This document shows, one piece after another, positions 61,285 to 64,000 of a stretch of DNA of 64,000 nt. The notes beneath the pieces are model-generated. The model was not told where the DNA came from. It made no database searches and saw only the letters and a list, made by a program, of their open reading frames with translations. Location of the stretch: assembly GCF_036365525.1 (NCBI RefSeq), contig NC_090404.1, forward strand, positions 11,994,550 to 12,058,549. The letters run 5' to 3'. Source of the DNA: Heterodontus francisci. Lineage: Eukaryota. How positions within the stretch are numbered: position 1 is the first letter of the stretch; every line of letters begins with the position of its first letter. The position numbers and the translations under genes were made by a program.

Positions 61285-62298
61285 GTGACTGTGATTTCTG
61301 GCGCCAAACAGTACACACTGCAGATACATGATGGCCAGTCTACCTGCAGCTGCATCTTCTCCATTCAGACTTTGTTGCCCTGCAAACATGCTGTTGTTGT
61401 GCAGAGGCATCTGGGTCTGCGTTTGGACAGGCTCGCCCCCAATTGTCGCTGGCGTGCATCTCAGACACCAACGACGACAGGCATGGCTGCTGCCATTGTG
61501 ATTACAGAGGAACAGCCAAGGCCCCTCAGCCACAATGAAAAATACCGCTTGCTTTCAGATCAATTGTACCAGCTACAACAGGCCATTCTGCAGAGTGGAA
61601 CGGCAGCATTCATGAGGAGACTGGACTGGCTGCGGCAACAGACTCTCCGCTGGCAGCAAGGACTGGCTGATGAGATGGAGCCATTTACTATGCCCAACAA
61701 TTGCCCGGAAGCACCTTCGGATGGAGGTGGCCGTGCGCTGGACATCAGTCACATGTCACAAACCCTGGATCCTGAGCGTCTCACCCCCTGGCCTAATGAT
61801 CTGATGGACCATACATATGCCTACCTGTTCAAATCTCCACTTCCCCTACCTGCGGTACCCTCTCCTTGCTGCTCAGTTACACAGTCACCTGCTCCTACAC
61901 CCATCAGGGCAGTGCACATGGACACACAGTTACCGGCTCCTACACCCGACAGGGCAGTGCACATGGACACACAATTACCTGCTCCTACACCCATCAGGGC
62001 AGTGCTCATGAGCACACAGTTACCTGCTCCTACACCCATCAGGGCAGTGCTCATGGACACACAGCCACCTGTTACCCCATCCGACGTTGAAACAACCATG
62101 CAGAGCCTTGTGAGACTCCGCAATTGCCAGTTGCTGCCTGTCAAGCCGAGAGGGCGTCCAAAGGGGTCAAGCACTTGGGGAACATTCAGCAAGAAGAGAC
62201 TGAGCACTAAAAGAAACAAGCATGCCGTGTCCAGTGGTAGCAGAAATGTGAATGCTCTTGCTGTGAACACAACTGGTGATAGTAGTAGGCAGGATTAA
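61285..62298 (+). CDS. SWIM zinc-finger ORF, probably the C-terminal part of a Mutator/MULE-type transposase
   Basis: TCSCIFSIQTLLPCKH matches the SWIM motif CxCxnCxH. Four 15-aa repeats PAPTPIRAVHMDTQL and an AT-hook-like KPRGRPKG follow. No DDE domain is visible upstream. Confidence 0.65.
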   Translation: MTVISGAKQYTLQIHDGQSTCSCIFSIQTLLPCKHAVVVQRHLGLRLDRLAPNCRWRASQTPTTTGMAAAIVITEEQPRPLSHNEKYRLLSDQLYQLQQAILQSGTAAFMRRLDWLRQQTLRWQQGLADEMEPFTMPNNCPEAPSDGGGRALDISHMSQTLDPERLTPWPNDLMDHTYAYLFKSPLPLPAVPSPCCSVTQSPAPTPIRAVHMDTQLPAPTPDRAVHMDTQLPAPTPIRAVLMSTQLPAPTPIRAVLMDTQPPVTPSDVETTMQSLVRLRNCQLLPVKPRGRPKGSSTWGTFSKKRLSTKRNKHAVSSGSRNVNALAVNTTGDSSRQD

Positions 62299-62486
62299 AT
62301 GAGAATGGATGGAAAGACGCACGACTAACATCACCACTGGCAGGGAACTGCTGGGCTAAATGGCCAGCTTTATGCTCATAGCCCAAAAGAAATGTGCTTC
62401 TTTTCCAGCACCCTCACATCATTCATGTTTTCCCTGAGAGCAGCATTGAACCATCACGAGATAGGGACAGTAACATCATCCTGCCT

Positions 62487-62935
62487 CCTACAGCTGAGGT
62501 GGGTACTAAGTGATCCATTGGCGGTGTTATCAGTACATGCCTTTACCGCAGAACACAAAGCATTCTCAACAGTAATTTCATTGGAGGGAGGGAAGCTCTG
62601 ACACTGATGTTCTTTCCTTATTTTCTTTCATGTAAAACGTGCCCTTGAGAAAACAATCCTTGACACTTAAGGACGGCATTCAAGCAAAGGAGGCAGTGCG
62701 GGAGAGGACGCAAGGATGTGCTGATTCCTGCATCTGAGGTGGGTAATAAGTGCTTCATTGGCGACGTTATCAATTGGTGCCTTCACTGCAGAACTTAAAA
62801 AGGTGTGCACAACAGTAATTTCAGTGGATGGAGGGAGGCAAGCTCTGACTCTGATTTGCTTTATTTCTTTTCATGTAAAACATGCCATCGAGAAAACAAT
62901 CCTTGAGACTTAAGGTCAGCATTCAAGCAACGAAG
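62487..62935. repeat. ~240-bp direct duplication (62487-62690, 62727-62935)
   Basis: CTGAGGTGGGTA.TAAGTG, CAACAGTAATTTCA and GAGAAAACAATCCTTGA.ACTTAAGG are shared. Confidence 0.85.
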
Positions 62936-63714
62936 GCAACTAGATCATGCTGCGGAGCTCATCACGATGTGGAAAGGAACATTGCATTTATGGATGAATT
63001 GGGAATGCACATTGGGATGCGCTTGGGGAACATTCACCAAGAATAGACTGAGCTCAGACTCTTGTGACTTTGCCTTCTTCACATGGACAATACAGTAGTG
63101 GAATAGAGAGCCAAGCTTTTATTCACCACAAGGCTCTCCAGGAACAATCTCTTTAGCTGTGCATAGCAGAGACTCGGCCTGTCTGTCTAACGGGAATGCT
63201 GGACACAACACTCATGTATCCATGCACAGCAGTTCCTCGGATACTTAATGAACTTAATAAAACTTTTCAATAATTAAACCCAGAATTGTTGAGGTTTTGT
63301 TTTGCATGCTATTTCCCCGACTTTGAAACTGCACTTCAGATATTCAACTATGGTGGGGAGGGGGGGGGGGGGGGGTAGAGGGAGGGGTGTTTGAAGAGGG
63401 GGAGGGGTGGGGAGTGCGGGGAGGGGTGGGGAGAGGGAGCATGCAAAATGCAGGGACCAAACATTTGCAATGCCTGAAGTACTGAGGAGAAGTAGAGAAA
63501 GCAACTGGGTAGGGGAGAAAGCAACTGGATTGGGCATCCGCAGCTGGAGGGAACGGCTGAATGGAGAGGGCCGGAAGCGAGAGGCCGTAGAGAGCCGCGG
63601 GGAGCGAGCGTGCGAAGACCTTGGTGTCACCGGGTCCAGGGACTGGCCAGTAAGTCTTTTGCTGTTGTGTTTATGGCGCATGCACAGAAAAAGGCACTCC
63701 TCTTCCGTTCTGCT

Positions 63715-64000
63715 GCTCCCCCCCACTCTCTCCCCTTCCTCCCTCTCCCCCCCAGCTCTCCCCCTCCCCCCTTCCTTACCCCTCCCTCTCCCTATTTCAC
63801 CCCCTCCCCCTTTCTCTCCCTGTTTCTCCCCCTCTCCCTCTTTCTCCCCTCTCCCTCTTTCTCCCCTCTCCCTCTTTCTCCCCCCACCCTCTCTCTCCCC
63901 CTCCCTCTCCCTCTTTCTCCCCCCCTCCCTCTCCCTCTGTCTCCCCCCTCCCTCTCCCTCTTTCTCCCCCTCCCCCCTTCCTGACCTCTCCCTCTTTCTC
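63715..64000. repeat. Polypyrimidine (CT-rich) low-complexity tract
   Basis: CCCCTCTCCCTCTTTCT-type units. Confidence 0.95.

Noticed and set aside
63274-63984. Pro/Leu/Ser-rich ORFs
   Set aside because: Translations of G-rich and CT-rich low-complexity DNA.

Overview
Repeat-rich genomic DNA from a cartilaginous fish. From memory, the C-mu protein closely matches published horn shark (Heterodontus francisci) IgM heavy chains; I could not verify this by search. The main gene is one complete, apparently functional, unrearranged IgM heavy-chain cluster on the + strand (41473-55362): leader, VH, D1, D2, JH, Cmu1-4 with secretory tail, TM1 and TM2. All six RSSs and every splice site can be read. 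About 29-33 kb upstream, on the opposite strand, are two T-cell-receptor V-alpha/delta-type pseudogenes (8233-9301 and 11914-12396), each with a leader, V exon and 23-RSS. The ORF track does not show either as a V domain. A complete IgM cluster lying divergent from TCR V segments is the most interesting observation, with the caveat that two N-gaps (20995-21126, 38973-39279) lie between them. The rest of the window is: a decayed Gmr1-like Gypsy LTR element with a tandem array of primer-binding-site-like units; many CR1-clade LINE fragments; HE1-type and Deu-type SINEs; Penelope-like fragments carrying minimal hammerhead ribozyme motifs; a Harbinger-derived element; a SWIM-finger (MULE-like) ORF; a C2H2 zinc-finger pseudogene; and several satellites. 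Repeat boundaries are approximate (tens of bp). Ig/TCR exon and RSS coordinates were counted base by base.
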